From an uncultured Anaerotruncus sp. (GTDB taxonomy: Bacteria; Bacillota; Clostridia; Oscillospirales; CAG-272), in assembly GCA_905210995.1 (NCBI GenBank), contig CAJLZE010000003.1, positions 1 to 56,966 of the forward strand: DNA of 56,966 bases, in the 5' to 3' direction. Below, in pieces: positions 45,941 to 55,316 of the stretch. The translations under genes and the position numbers were made by a program. The first letter of the stretch is position 1. The number at the start of each line of letters is the position of its first letter. The notes beneath the pieces were generated by a model. It was not told the DNA's origin and searched no databases. It saw only the letters and a list, made by a program, of their open reading frames with translations.

Positions 45941-47356
45941 ATGAGATCTTCAAACACCGACCGGCTCCTTGCCGGTGCTGTCCGTGTGGACATAACGCCC
46001 CGCCTTCCCATAAGACTTGCGGGACAGTATTATCAGAGAGTAGCCGAAAAGATCGGCAGCCGTCTCACGGCAAACATTCTGGCTCTTGAGGGCAAATGCG
46101 GCGATGCAGCCGTTATGGTCTCCTGCGACCTGCTCGCCGTGAGCCGCGATTTTACGGCGCTCGTCCGCCGCAAGCTCGAAGCCGCTGAGGATGCGCCCGC
46201 ACCCGAGTGCGTGATGCTCTCCGCAATACATACGCACACCGCGCCGTACCTTTCCGACAGCGCGATGTCATATTTCTGGGGTCGGGATTTTGAGATATGC
46301 CCCGACCCCGCCAAAGAAACTCTTCCCGCCGATTACTCCGAGGCGATCTCCTCGGTCATCGCCGAGGGCATTGTCAAAGCATGGCGCGAGCGCCGTCCCG
46401 TGTCCGTTGCAACGGGCTTCGACCACATTTCGATAGCCTACAACCGCCGCACAAGATACGCCGACGGGCATACCGAAATGTACGGCTCGACCGCGCGCCC
46501 CGATTTTATGGAGATAGAAGGCACCGTGGACAACGGCATCCACTTCATTATTTTAAAAGACGACGAAGAAAAGACCGTCGCCGCAGTGATCGAAGCCGCC
46601 TGCCCCTCTCAGGTCATGGAGCACCACGATTTTATCTGTTCCGACTATTGGGACGTTGTAAGGCATAAGGTCGCAGACAAAATGGGCGAGTTCCCTCTCG
46701 TGTCGCTCTGCGGTGCAGCGGGTGACCTTTCGCCGCGCGACCTCGTGCGCACGGCAATGGACGAGCCCCTCATGCACTCCACCGAAATGTACAACGCGCC
46801 GGGGATGGAGCGTGTCGCGTCGCGCATATGCGAGACATTCTTCAGGTTTGCCGATTCCGCAGCCTTTGACGCCGACGCAGACCTGCGCCACGACGTGCAT
46901 TTCAGTCACCTCCCTCTCCGCCGTGTGACCGAAGAGGAAGCGCACCGCGCCTCGGAGGAATACGACGCTCTGCGCGCAAAGTACAAAACTATAGACGAAT
47001 TCACCGAGGGCGAATGCACCGAGCTTTCGCGCCTTGCGGCGACGCGCAACAGACTCGCATATCAGAACACGACCTTCACGCATCCCGTCGAAATACACGC
47101 GCTCAAGCTCGGCGGTACATCGATAGTGACCGATCCCTTTGAGCTTTTCGTCGCCTACGCCGACCGCATACGCGCAGGCAGCGGCAACCCCAACACGATG
47201 GTCGTGCAGCTCACTAACGGTTATGAAGGCTACCTCCCCACTGCCAAGGCTATCTCCTGCGGCGGTTACAGCGCAGGCGTGAACAACGGCTATCTCGGCG
47301 CCGAGGGCGGCGACGCGCTCGTCCGCGAATCCCTTGAAATGCTTAAGAACATATAA
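45941..47356 (+). CDS. neutral/alkaline ceramidase N-terminal-domain-like hydrolase
   Basis: ATG at 45941 (ORF track starts at 45848). AGAVRVDITP..., CDLLAVSRDF, SAIHTHTAPY resemble the ceramidase-like family signature. No signal peptide. Confidence 0.5.
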   Translation: MRSSNTDRLLAGAVRVDITPRLPIRLAGQYYQRVAEKIGSRLTANILALEGKCGDAAVMVSCDLLAVSRDFTALVRRKLEAAEDAPAPECVMLSAIHTHTAPYLSDSAMSYFWGRDFEICPDPAKETLPADYSEAISSVIAEGIVKAWRERRPVSVATGFDHISIAYNRRTRYADGHTEMYGSTARPDFMEIEGTVDNGIHFIILKDDEEKTVAAVIEAACPSQVMEHHDFICSDYWDVVRHKVADKMGEFPLVSLCGAAGDLSPRDLVRTAMDEPLMHSTEMYNAPGMERVASRICETFFRFADSAAFDADADLRHDVHFSHLPLRRVTEEEAHRASEEYDALRAKYKTIDEFTEGECTELSRLAATRNRLAYQNTTFTHPVEIHALKLGGTSIVTDPFELFVAYADRIRAGSGNPNTMVVQLTNGYEGYLPTAKAISCGGYSAGVNNGYLGAEGGDALVRESLEMLKNI

Positions 47357-47401
47357 AAACCGCGGCGTCTGAGTCTTTTGACTCAGACGCCGCGGTTTTT
47401 T
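47355..47401. terminator. bidirectional intrinsic terminator
   Basis: AAAAACCGCGGCGTCTGAGT-CTTTTG-ACTCAGACGCCGCGGTTTTTT. Confidence 0.85.
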
Positions 47402-47405
47402 GATC

Positions 47406-49616
47406 TTATTTCCGTTCCGCGGTGAAATGCCATACGCGGCTCTCGCCGTCGCGCCAGAAGCCGGTGAGATTCAGCCCCGCATTCATAAGAAGCGCGCCCG
47501 AATAGCTCCTTCCGCTTTCGGTGTCGGTATATGTGAGCGCGGGATCGAGCCCGCGAAGGCGTATATACCGCGACATAGACGGCTGCGTGCGTATAACGAC
47601 ATAGGTGAGCAGCACTTCCCTTTTGTCCGACGATACCGATTCCCACGCCGCAGCCGAGGTCATATCTCCCTTCGACTCGGTGGGATTGATAAGGCGGTAA
47701 TAATCGCCGTTCTGTATCACGTCGTAGTATCTGTGATAATCGGCGACCTGACGGCGCACGAGCCCGCGCTCCTCGTCATTCAGCTTTGTAAGGTCGAGCT
47801 CATAGCCGAAAGCGACCGCCATTGCCACAGCTCCGCGCGTTTTGAACGGAGACGTGCGCTTTGTCTGGTGATTCGGGCAAGCCGAAACGTGCGCGCTCAT
47901 CGCAGACGGCGGATAAACTATCGACGTACCGTACTGTATCTCAAGCCTTTCTATGGCATCGGTATCGTCGCTCGTCCATATCTGCGGGCTGTAGTAAAGC
48001 ATTCCGGCGTCAAATCGTCCGCCGCCGCCCGAGCAGCCCTCGAGCAGCAGATGCGGAAAAGCGGCGAGCAGCCGCTCGAGCAGCTCGTAAACACCGAGCA
48101 TATATCTGTGCGCGACCTCGCTCTGGCGGTCGGGCGGCAAAAGCTCGCTGCCGACCTCTGTCAGATTGCGGTTGAAATCCCATTTGACATATTCGATATT
48201 CGCCGACGAAAGTATCTTATACATCTGATCGAATATGTTGTCTCTCACGTCCTTGCGCGACATATCGAGAACATACTGGTTCCGCCCTATCGAACGCTCG
48301 CGCCCCTCGGTGTGCAGGCACCAGTCGGGATGCGCGCGGTAAAGATCGCTGTCCGGTGAGATCATCTCCGGCTCGAACCATATGCCGAATTTCACTCCCA
48401 GTGCGTTCACACGGCGCACGAGCTCGGCAAGACCGCCCTTGAGCTTATCCTCATTGACATACCAGTCGCCGAGCGAGGACTTGTCATTGTTGCGTTTGCC
48501 GAACCAGCCGTCATCCATGACCAGCATTTCTATTCCGAGGTCGGCTGCGTCCTTTGCGATGGCAACGAGCTTTTCGGAATCGAAATTGAAATACGTCGCC
48601 TCCCAGTTGTTTACGATGATGGGGCGTTTTTTCGTTTTCCATTCGCCGCGGCAGAGGTTGAAGCGGTAGAGCTTATGGTAAGTGCGGCTCATTCCGCCGA
48701 CACCGTGATCCGAATACACCATAACGACCTCGGGCGCCTGAAAGCTCTCGCCCGGTTCGAGCTTCCACGCAAAATCAACGGGATCGATACCCATGAGCAC
48801 GCGCGTCGAACGCATACAATCGACCTCGACCTCAGCCGCAAAGTTGCCGGAATACACAAACGAGAACCCGAAGACCTCGCCGCTCTCCTCCGTATAGCCG
48901 TCCCGCGCCAGAGCGATAAAGGGATTGTTGTTGTGGCTCGACGAGCCGCGGCGGGAATGTATCCCCTGAAGCCCGAATTCAAGGTGACGGGTAACGAGCG
49001 TGCGCTCCTTTGCCCATCTGCCCTGGAGATGGAGCATATCAAAATCCATTTCGGTAAAATCGACCGCTGCCGAATGCACGCGCTCGATGCTGAAGGGCTT
49101 GTCGGAGGTGTTTGCGATCCTCACGCTGCGCGTTATCACGTCAAGCTTTGAAAACGCCGCGTAGATAAGCGTGATCTCGGCGCCCGTGAGCTCATCGACG
49201 CACACTATCTCAAGCGTTTCCGCCTCGCTGTCGTCATTCGTATATGTGGCGGGCAGACCTTCAAGCTTCGGCTTGCCCGGGTAGATCCTGTGCGACCGGT
49301 AACGGATGTCGGTAACGCTCGAACCGTTCGCGCCGCGCACCGAAAGCGCGACCGAGCGGAAGTCGCCCGAGCCGTTTACGGGATATTCGAGCTGTGCGGT
49401 ATCAAGAGACAGCCCGCCCTCCTCCGCCGATGCGACGCAGGCGCTGAAGGCGGCGTTGCGCTGCCTCATGCGCAGATAGTCAAGGTCTGTGTCCGGCACA
49501 TATGCACCGTAGTAAAGATGAAGCAGATACCCGGTGGGGCTTATCTTCATCGCATAGCTTGACGATGGGGTGTCAAGCTTAAAAACTCTTTTTTCACTGT
49601 CAAAGACAACAGGCAT
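47406..49616 (-). CDS. alpha-galactosidase, glycoside hydrolase family 36
   Basis: 736 aa with KWDFNR, LLEGCSGGGGRFD and the N-terminal FKLDTPSSSYAM... typical of AgaA/Mel36-type enzymes. Confidence 0.88.
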   Translation of the reverse strand: MPVVFDSEKRVFKLDTPSSSYAMKISPTGYLLHLYYGAYVPDTDLDYLRMRQRNAAFSACVASAEEGGLSLDTAQLEYPVNGSGDFRSVALSVRGANGSSVTDIRYRSHRIYPGKPKLEGLPATYTNDDSEAETLEIVCVDELTGAEITLIYAAFSKLDVITRSVRIANTSDKPFSIERVHSAAVDFTEMDFDMLHLQGRWAKERTLVTRHLEFGLQGIHSRRGSSSHNNNPFIALARDGYTEESGEVFGFSFVYSGNFAAEVEVDCMRSTRVLMGIDPVDFAWKLEPGESFQAPEVVMVYSDHGVGGMSRTYHKLYRFNLCRGEWKTKKRPIIVNNWEATYFNFDSEKLVAIAKDAADLGIEMLVMDDGWFGKRNNDKSSLGDWYVNEDKLKGGLAELVRRVNALGVKFGIWFEPEMISPDSDLYRAHPDWCLHTEGRERSIGRNQYVLDMSRKDVRDNIFDQMYKILSSANIEYVKWDFNRNLTEVGSELLPPDRQSEVAHRYMLGVYELLERLLAAFPHLLLEGCSGGGGRFDAGMLYYSPQIWTSDDTDAIERLEIQYGTSIVYPPSAMSAHVSACPNHQTKRTSPFKTRGAVAMAVAFGYELDLTKLNDEERGLVRRQVADYHRYYDVIQNGDYYRLINPTESKGDMTSAAAWESVSSDKREVLLTYVVIRTQPSMSRYIRLRGLDPALTYTDTESGRSYSGALLMNAGLNLTGFWRDGESRVWHFTAERK

Positions 49617-49628
49617 TCTTTTATCCTC

Positions 49629-50996
49629 CTAAGATAGTTCCTTGTATGTTCTGATGTTTTTGCGGTAAAAGGCTACGAGAAATGGCACCGATATCAGAAA
49701 TGTGGCGAAGTCGGCTGCGGGCTGGCTCATCTCGACTCCCGCACATTTGAAAAACAACGGAAGTATGAAGACTGCCGGAACGAAAAACACGCCCTGACGG
49801 CAGCTTGCGAGAAACGTTGCGGGAAGTTTGAAGCCGAGACATTGATAAAGCTGATTCACATACGTTGACACCGCCATAAACGGCATAACGGCGCACGCGA
49901 ACAAAAGAGTCTCGGTGCCGATGCGCGCGACCTCGGCATCGTCGCAGAACCAACGCATTATCGGCGTTGAAAATGCGGCGATCACAGCGGCGGATGCAAT
50001 GCACACGGCACTGCCGAGGACCGACGCAAACACGAACGCCCGCCATGCGCGGCGTCGCTTTCCCGCACTGTAATTGTAGCCCGCGACGGGCTGAAAGCCC
50101 TGCCCTATACCGAGTATGATATTTCTGACGAGCACATATATCTTGTTTGCAATGGTGACGGCGGACACCGCCGCATCCCCGTACACGACCGCCTGCGCAT
50201 TAAGCAGCGCCGAGGCAAGACTGCCGAGCCCCTGGCGGCAGACGGTCGGCAGCCCGGTCGTGACTATCATAACGTAATCTTTTGCACGTCGGCTCACACT
50301 GCGCAGCCTTATGCGAACTATCGACTTGCCCGCAAGAAAGACCGCAAGCAGAACCGCAAAGCTGACCGCCTGGCTTATCGCCGTGGCAAGAGCCGCACCG
50401 GCAGTGCCCATATCAAATGTAAATATGAAAAGCGGATCGAGAAAAACGTTCAGGACACCGCCGATACCGAGCCCCCACATTGCAATGCGCGATTCGCCCT
50501 CGGCACGCAGCGTGTTATTGAGCACGAACGAAGCGCAGCTTAGCGGCGCGGCGGCAAGAATATATTTTGCGTACCCGACGGCATACGGCAGCATCGTGTC
50601 GGTGCATCTGAGCAGACGGAGTATCGGGCCGAGCGCCGCAAGGCAGCCCCAGCCTACGGCAGCGCCCGTCACAACGGCGGCAAAGAAGGCGCTTGAGGCG
50701 TACATATCCGCCGCGCTGTCGTTTTTTTCGCCGAGCTTGCGGCTGATAAGGCTCCCGGCGCCCATTCCGAGCCCATAGCCCACCGCCTGTATTATCGCCA
50801 TGAGCGTATATACCATGCCGACCGCAGCCGATGCGGATTTGTTTATCTGCGAAACAAAATATGTATCCGCGGTATTGTAAATGACCGTAACGAGCATGCT
50901 CACGGTCGTAGGTATTGCCAGCGATGTGACAAGGCGCGGGATCGGAGTTTCCATCATGTGCCTGTACTGCTCTTCACTGTTGAGAATGCGCGGCAT
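49629..50996 (-). CDS. MATE-family efflux transporter
   Basis: 455 aa, about 12 TM. N-terminal PIPRLVTSLAIPTTVSMLVTVIYNTADTYFVSQ pattern. Confidence 0.82.
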   Translation of the reverse strand: MPRILNSEEQYRHMMETPIPRLVTSLAIPTTVSMLVTVIYNTADTYFVSQINKSASAAVGMVYTLMAIIQAVGYGLGMGAGSLISRKLGEKNDSAADMYASSAFFAAVVTGAAVGWGCLAALGPILRLLRCTDTMLPYAVGYAKYILAAAPLSCASFVLNNTLRAEGESRIAMWGLGIGGVLNVFLDPLFIFTFDMGTAGAALATAISQAVSFAVLLAVFLAGKSIVRIRLRSVSRRAKDYVMIVTTGLPTVCRQGLGSLASALLNAQAVVYGDAAVSAVTIANKIYVLVRNIILGIGQGFQPVAGYNYSAGKRRRAWRAFVFASVLGSAVCIASAAVIAAFSTPIMRWFCDDAEVARIGTETLLFACAVMPFMAVSTYVNQLYQCLGFKLPATFLASCRQGVFFVPAVFILPLFFKCAGVEMSQPAADFATFLISVPFLVAFYRKNIRTYKELS

Positions 50997-51047
50997 ATTA
51001 TTTTCCTTTCAGTTTGTCAGGATTGTAAACCATAGACGCTGCCGCCC

Positions 51048-51545
51048 TCACAGCAGCTTTTCGTACATATAAAAATCGATATCATACATCCGGCATTCGC
51101 CGCAAAGCTCAAATCCAAGCTTTTCATAGGTCCTGACCGCCGCGCGGTTACTGCGAGCGGCAAGCAGATGCACGGCGGGGCAGCCATCGTTTTTCAGGCT
51201 CCGCGTTACAGCCGAAATAATATCCGCAGCGTATCCGTGCCCTCGGCGGTCCGGGCGGACCGCAAGACGCGACAATTCAAGAACACCGTCCCCGCGCATC
51301 CGCCAGCCGGCGAGCGCTTCAAGCTCGCTCCTTATGACAGATACACAGCCGACGGTCGTTCCGCCGACTTCCGCAACATACAGTCCGTTTACCGCCAGGT
51401 CGCGTTCGGCATCCCGCCGGAGAGGGTAATATTCGTTCCATGTCGTACCCGCTATGCCGATGCACGAACGGTAAATCGCCGCGATATCGTCTATATCACT
51501 TGCCTTGGCACGGCGCAGTACGATCGCTTCGGCTTCATCCGTCAT
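51048..51545 (-). CDS. GNAT-family N-acetyltransferase
   Basis: RRGHGYA (R/Q-x-x-G-x-G/A acetyl-CoA loop). The ATG at 51545 overlaps the upstream stop by 11 nt. The ORF-track start at 51620 is less likely. Confidence 0.75.
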   Translation of the reverse strand: MTDEAEAIVLRRAKASDIDDIAAIYRSCIGIAGTTWNEYYPLRRDAERDLAVNGLYVAEVGGTTVGCVSVIRSELEALAGWRMRGDGVLELSRLAVRPDRRGHGYAADIISAVTRSLKNDGCPAVHLLAARSNRAAVRTYEKLGFELCGECRMYDIDFYMYEKLL

Positions 51546-52128
51546 AGCGTGCCATGTATTCTGCGATATCCACCTCGCAGGAGCGCATGGCAAGTATCGT
51601 ATCACCGAAAAGCCTGTCAAGCTCCCATCCGAGACGCTCCGCGCCCGTCCGTATCACATCGCGCGAGCATCCGGCGGCAAATTTTTTGTCTTTGAATTTC
51701 TTTTTTAGACTCGACACTTCCATATCCGTTACGCTTTTTGACGGGCGCATGAGCGCTGCCGACCAGATAAGCCCCGTAAGCTCGTCCGCGGCAAAAAGGA
51801 CCTTCTCCATCTCGTGCTCCGGTTCAACGTCGCAGCATATGCCGTAGCCGTGCGAGCAAACAGCGTGTATCATGTCCTCGCCGACACCGCCCGCCGCGAG
51901 CAGCTCGGGTGCCTTTTTGCAATGCTCGTCGGGGTAAAGCTCGAAATCTATGTCGTGCAAAAGCCCCACGATGCCCCAATAATCAGCCTCGTCGCCGTAA
52001 CCGAGCTTTTCGGCATACCAACGCATAACGCCCTCGACCGTCAGCGCATGCTGAATATGAAACAGCTCTTTGTTGTATTTGCGGAGAAGCGCAAACGCCT
52101 CGTCACGGGTTATATTGCTTTTTCTCAT
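51535..52128 (-). CDS. HD-domain phosphohydrolase
   Basis: H...HD motif (IQHALTVEG..., GLLHDIDF). 197 aa. Confidence 0.75.
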   Translation of the reverse strand: MRKSNITRDEAFALLRKYNKELFHIQHALTVEGVMRWYAEKLGYGDEADYWGIVGLLHDIDFELYPDEHCKKAPELLAAGGVGEDMIHAVCSHGYGICCDVEPEHEMEKVLFAADELTGLIWSAALMRPSKSVTDMEVSSLKKKFKDKKFAAGCSRDVIRTGAERLGWELDRLFGDTILAMRSCEVDIAEYMARYDG

Positions 52129-52181
52129 TTTTGAAACCTCGCAATAAAAATATTACCCTAAAATTATAGCACAAGGCAAAG

Positions 52182-52234
52182 CAAAAAACAAGAAAAATAT
52201 CTTGGCGCCGCACAAGCGATCAAGCCGAGGCGGA
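52182..52234. repeat. ~53-bp direct repeat, copy 1
   Basis: CAAAAAACAAGAAAAATATCTTGGCGCCGCACAAGCGATCAAGCCGAGGCGGA. The first 22 nt are identical to copy 2, and the rest is roughly 70 percent identical by eye. Confidence 0.6.
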
Positions 52235-52372
52235 AGAACGTCCGTCGGAGCCGTAATTTACACAGAGCGTGCGGATGCGCCGCACAAAAAAACGCCGGAA
52301 GGTCTTTTACGGCATTCTGCGGCGGGATTTATAATATAAACCAACGGTTTACCCGAACTTTCCTACGTCCGG

Positions 52373-52401
52373 TTGACAAACGGCGTAAAAGATGCTATAC
52401 T
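52373..52401 (+). promoter_or_regulatory. consensus-like sigma-A promoter far upstream of the ABC-ATPase gene
   Basis: TTGACA (52373-52378), 17-nt spacer, TATACT (52396-52401). Confidence 0.6.
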
Positions 52402-52435
52402 GTTACCGTAATAAAAAGTTCAGCCGAAGGAGGCG

Positions 52436-52501
52436 ATGATCGAGATGAAAACTTATATTTATCGGATGTCGCCCGTATCGCTTTCGGTATGCCGAACGTG
52501 A
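52436..52501 (+). CDS. candidate 21-codon leader ORF
   Basis: GAAGGAGG lies 5 nt upstream of the ATG. Translation: MIEMKTYIYRMSPVSLSVCRT. Located between the promoter and the terminator-like hairpin. Confidence 0.25.
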   Translation: MIEMKTYIYRMSPVSLSVCRT

Positions 52502-52590
52502 TCTTTATACTGCCTTTTTTGCACATCCGATCTAGGGTGTGTTTTTTGTTTGCAACAAAATATTTTGCCACGGCAAACATATTCTCTTAT

Positions 52591-52616
52591 GCACCCTTTG
52601 GGTGCTTTTTGTTTTT
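52591..52616 (+). terminator. short intrinsic terminator-like hairpin inside the leader
   Basis: GCACCC-TTT-GGGTGC followed by TTTTTGTTTTT. Confidence 0.5.
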
Positions 52617-52745
52617 CACGAAAAGCCCTCGATATATATCCGGGGTCATGCCCGAAATGCCGAAAGGAGAATTTTAAATTTTAATTTTTATGATGAACAC
52701 GAACGCGCTCACAACACTTTCAAAAAAACGAAAAAGGAGAGACTG

Positions 52746-54548
52746 ATGAAGAGATTAAAAAACAAAATATTATCTATGGAGCCGGACACCGCATCATACA
52801 GTGCCATGTATGAGGGGAGTATGTACGTTGAGGATCCGTCGCACCCGACGATAGATCCTTATGTCGATCACTGTCCGATATATTATAATGAAAACGTCGG
52901 ATTCGAAATAACCGTAACACACAAGCTGGCTCAGGATAAGCCGACGGTGGTGATCGGCATTCCCTGCACAGCACTCGGGATCGCCATTCCCGACAGTTCG
53001 ACCGAGTGCGCCGAGGCGGACTTTTGCCTCCGCGCCTTCAAAAAATATATCGATGAGCTGAACGACGAGCTGTATAACAGAAGCCGTCCCGATGTTGAAA
53101 ACGGCAAGTATTATATCTGCACACCGGGCGGAGAGGTGATACGCCGGAATTCGGCATACTTTGCGATGCGACCGCAAAAGGATTACACTTACGGTCCGGG
53201 TTCAACGGTTTATCTTTTGGCCGACGGTGTCGCCCGTCCGCCCGTTATGTGCCTTTGCATCCGCATTCAGGTCCAACTGCCGAAAAAGAAGCTGCGCCGG
53301 GCATCACGAATGCTGTACAAAGATCTGCCGGATGCGGTCGACCGATTCATTTCGGAGTTCGGCGGCACGGAAACGGCTGCCGCGCTCGCAAAAAAACAAG
53401 CGGCGATTCGTGCATGGCTTAAAAACAGCGACTATTGTGCTTTTGTGGCAAACGGCAGCATCCTCCCGCGCGCCAAAGGGACCGATCTGCCGATGCCGGA
53501 TGCCGTTCCGTTCAGATCCGCGCCCGATGATGAGATCGAGATATTCGGCGTGAAAGGCATGGGCATCAAAAAGGGTGTTACCGTCATCACGGGCGGCGGA
53601 TATTCGGGAAAATCGACCTTGCTCGATGCGATATCCGCAGGCATTTACGACCATGTGACCGGCGACGGCCGCGAGCTTTGCATTACGGACGACAGCGCAG
53701 TTACCATATCCGCCGAAGACGGACGAAGCGTAAAGCACGTCAATATTTCGCCCTTTATCAAGTGGCTGCCCGGCGGTGATACCCGTGATTTCTCTTCCGA
53801 CCATGCCTCCGGCTCGACATCGCAGGCGGCGAACATAATGGAGGCGGTCGAATGCAATGCCAAGCTGTTGCTTATCGATGAGGATAGAAGCGCAACAAAC
53901 TTTATGATACGCGACCGCATGATGAAGGCGCTGATCGAAAAAGAACCGATAACGCCCTTCACAGACCGGGTGAACGAGCTTTATAAGGCACACGGCGTAT
54001 CCACGATACTTGTTATCGGAGGGAGCGGAGAGTATCTTTCCGTCGCCGATAAGGTATACATGATGGAGGACTATCTGATCCGCGATGTTACCGAAAAAGC
54101 AAAAAACATTTGCTGCCCCTATAATACGAATAACGTATTACCCCATCCTGCGGATTGGAAGCAATGCAGAGCTCTTTATTCCGACCGTTTTTCCTCTTAT
54201 CCCGAGGGCAGCGGAACGGAAAGGCTTGAGGTCTCGGAGATGGGATCTATAATCATCGGCGACGAGAATACAGACGTTCGCGGGCTTCACGATATCGTTT
54301 CCCCGCGTCAGCTTGATACGCTCGGATTTATGCTGAGGTATCTGGAGGTGACCAATGCCGACAGAAGGATCGACCTCGATAAAAAAATAAACGAGATGTA
54401 TGAGCGCATCGACGATGAAGGCATCGACTTTCTCTATTCACCCTTCTTTACGACCTGCGAAAGATTCCTCGACCTGCCGCGCAAGCAGGAATTGACGGCG
54501 CTCATAAACCGTATGCGAAAGATCAATATGGTAAAAAGCACACCGTAG
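52746..54548 (+). CDS. ABC-ATPase domain protein (PF09818-like predicted ATPase of the ABC class)
   Basis: ATG at 52746 follows AAAAGGAGAG. ITGGGYSGKSTLLDAISAGIYDHVTGDGRE (Walker A context), LLLIDEDRSATNFM (Walker B). Confidence 0.7.
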   Translation: MKRLKNKILSMEPDTASYSAMYEGSMYVEDPSHPTIDPYVDHCPIYYNENVGFEITVTHKLAQDKPTVVIGIPCTALGIAIPDSSTECAEADFCLRAFKKYIDELNDELYNRSRPDVENGKYYICTPGGEVIRRNSAYFAMRPQKDYTYGPGSTVYLLADGVARPPVMCLCIRIQVQLPKKKLRRASRMLYKDLPDAVDRFISEFGGTETAAALAKKQAAIRAWLKNSDYCAFVANGSILPRAKGTDLPMPDAVPFRSAPDDEIEIFGVKGMGIKKGVTVITGGGYSGKSTLLDAISAGIYDHVTGDGRELCITDDSAVTISAEDGRSVKHVNISPFIKWLPGGDTRDFSSDHASGSTSQAANIMEAVECNAKLLLIDEDRSATNFMIRDRMMKALIEKEPITPFTDRVNELYKAHGVSTILVIGGSGEYLSVADKVYMMEDYLIRDVTEKAKNICCPYNTNNVLPHPADWKQCRALYSDRFSSYPEGSGTERLEVSEMGSIIIGDENTDVRGLHDIVSPRQLDTLGFMLRYLEVTNADRRIDLDKKINEMYERIDDEGIDFLYSPFFTTCERFLDLPRKQELTALINRMRKINMVKSTP

Positions 54549-54623
54549 ATATGAGCGCGTCGCCGCGACTGTCGGTATAAAATAACAGGAAAGCTCGAAT
54601 CGGATACGATCAGAGATACGGGA

Positions 54624-54676
54624 CAAAAAACAAGAAAAATATCTTAGTACCGCGCGACCAATTAAGCCGATGCGGA
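54624..54676. repeat. ~53-bp direct repeat, copy 2
   Basis: CAAAAAACAAGAAAAATATCTTAGTACCGCGCGACCAATTAAGCCGATGCGGA. Confidence 0.6.
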
Positions 54677-54763
54677 CGGTTATACTGTCCAACACTGCCC
54701 TTGCCGATCCTTTAAGATTGTGATATAATATAATCAAATCATATGAACGCATGGAGGTGTGGC

Positions 54764-55315
54764 ATGAAAAGAAGCTGCATGAGGACCTTTCTTGACATTT
54801 TGTCGGCATCGCTGATAACAATTATCTTGTATATCGGTCTTTACTTCATTTGGGGCACGATTGCCCGGGAATCGCAGAACGAAAAATTGTTTCTTATATT
54901 GCTTTCAGCAATGACAAGCATCGTTTACGCCGTAATTTTGTTCTGCATAACAAAGGTGAGAAAAAGCCGGGGCGAGAAAGAGATGCTTGAAGATTACGGT
55001 GAAGCCGGTGTATATTCGCTGCGCGACGATATACTTATGATGCTGCGGCATGAGCGTATGTGTCTGATCCTGCTTGCCGTAGTGACCTTCGCCTGTCTTG
55101 CGATGAACAAGCTCGATGTTCTCATATTTCACAAAAAAACCTTTTCTGCCGTTACATTTATATTTTTTCCTCTGTGCCTTTTCAGCACCTGTTTCAATGC
55201 CGAAATTATAGGATACATCATCGGCGCAATATTGATAGAGGCAGCATACATCGTCCTTGTTCTCACATACAGAAGAAAAAAATACATTCACTGGAAGCAT
55301 CCGTCGGAGAAATAA
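54764..55315 (+). CDS. multi-TM membrane protein of unknown function
   Basis: ATG at 54764 follows GGAGG (ORF track starts at 54743). About 5 hydrophobic helices. AT-rich codon usage unlike the rest of the window. Confidence 0.6.
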   Translation: MKRSCMRTFLDILSASLITIILYIGLYFIWGTIARESQNEKLFLILLSAMTSIVYAVILFCITKVRKSRGEKEMLEDYGEAGVYSLRDDILMMLRHERMCLILLAVVTFACLAMNKLDVLIFHKKTFSAVTFIFFPLCLFSTCFNAEIIGYIIGAILIEAAYIVLVLTYRRKKYIHWKHPSEK

Positions 55316-55316
55316 A

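Noticed and set aside
52539-52745. N-terminal 69-codon extension of the ABC-ATPase ORF
   Set aside because: The extension crosses a terminator-like hairpin and AT-rich DNA and has no RBS. The ATG at 52746 has AAAAGGAGAG upstream and matches where family similarity begins.
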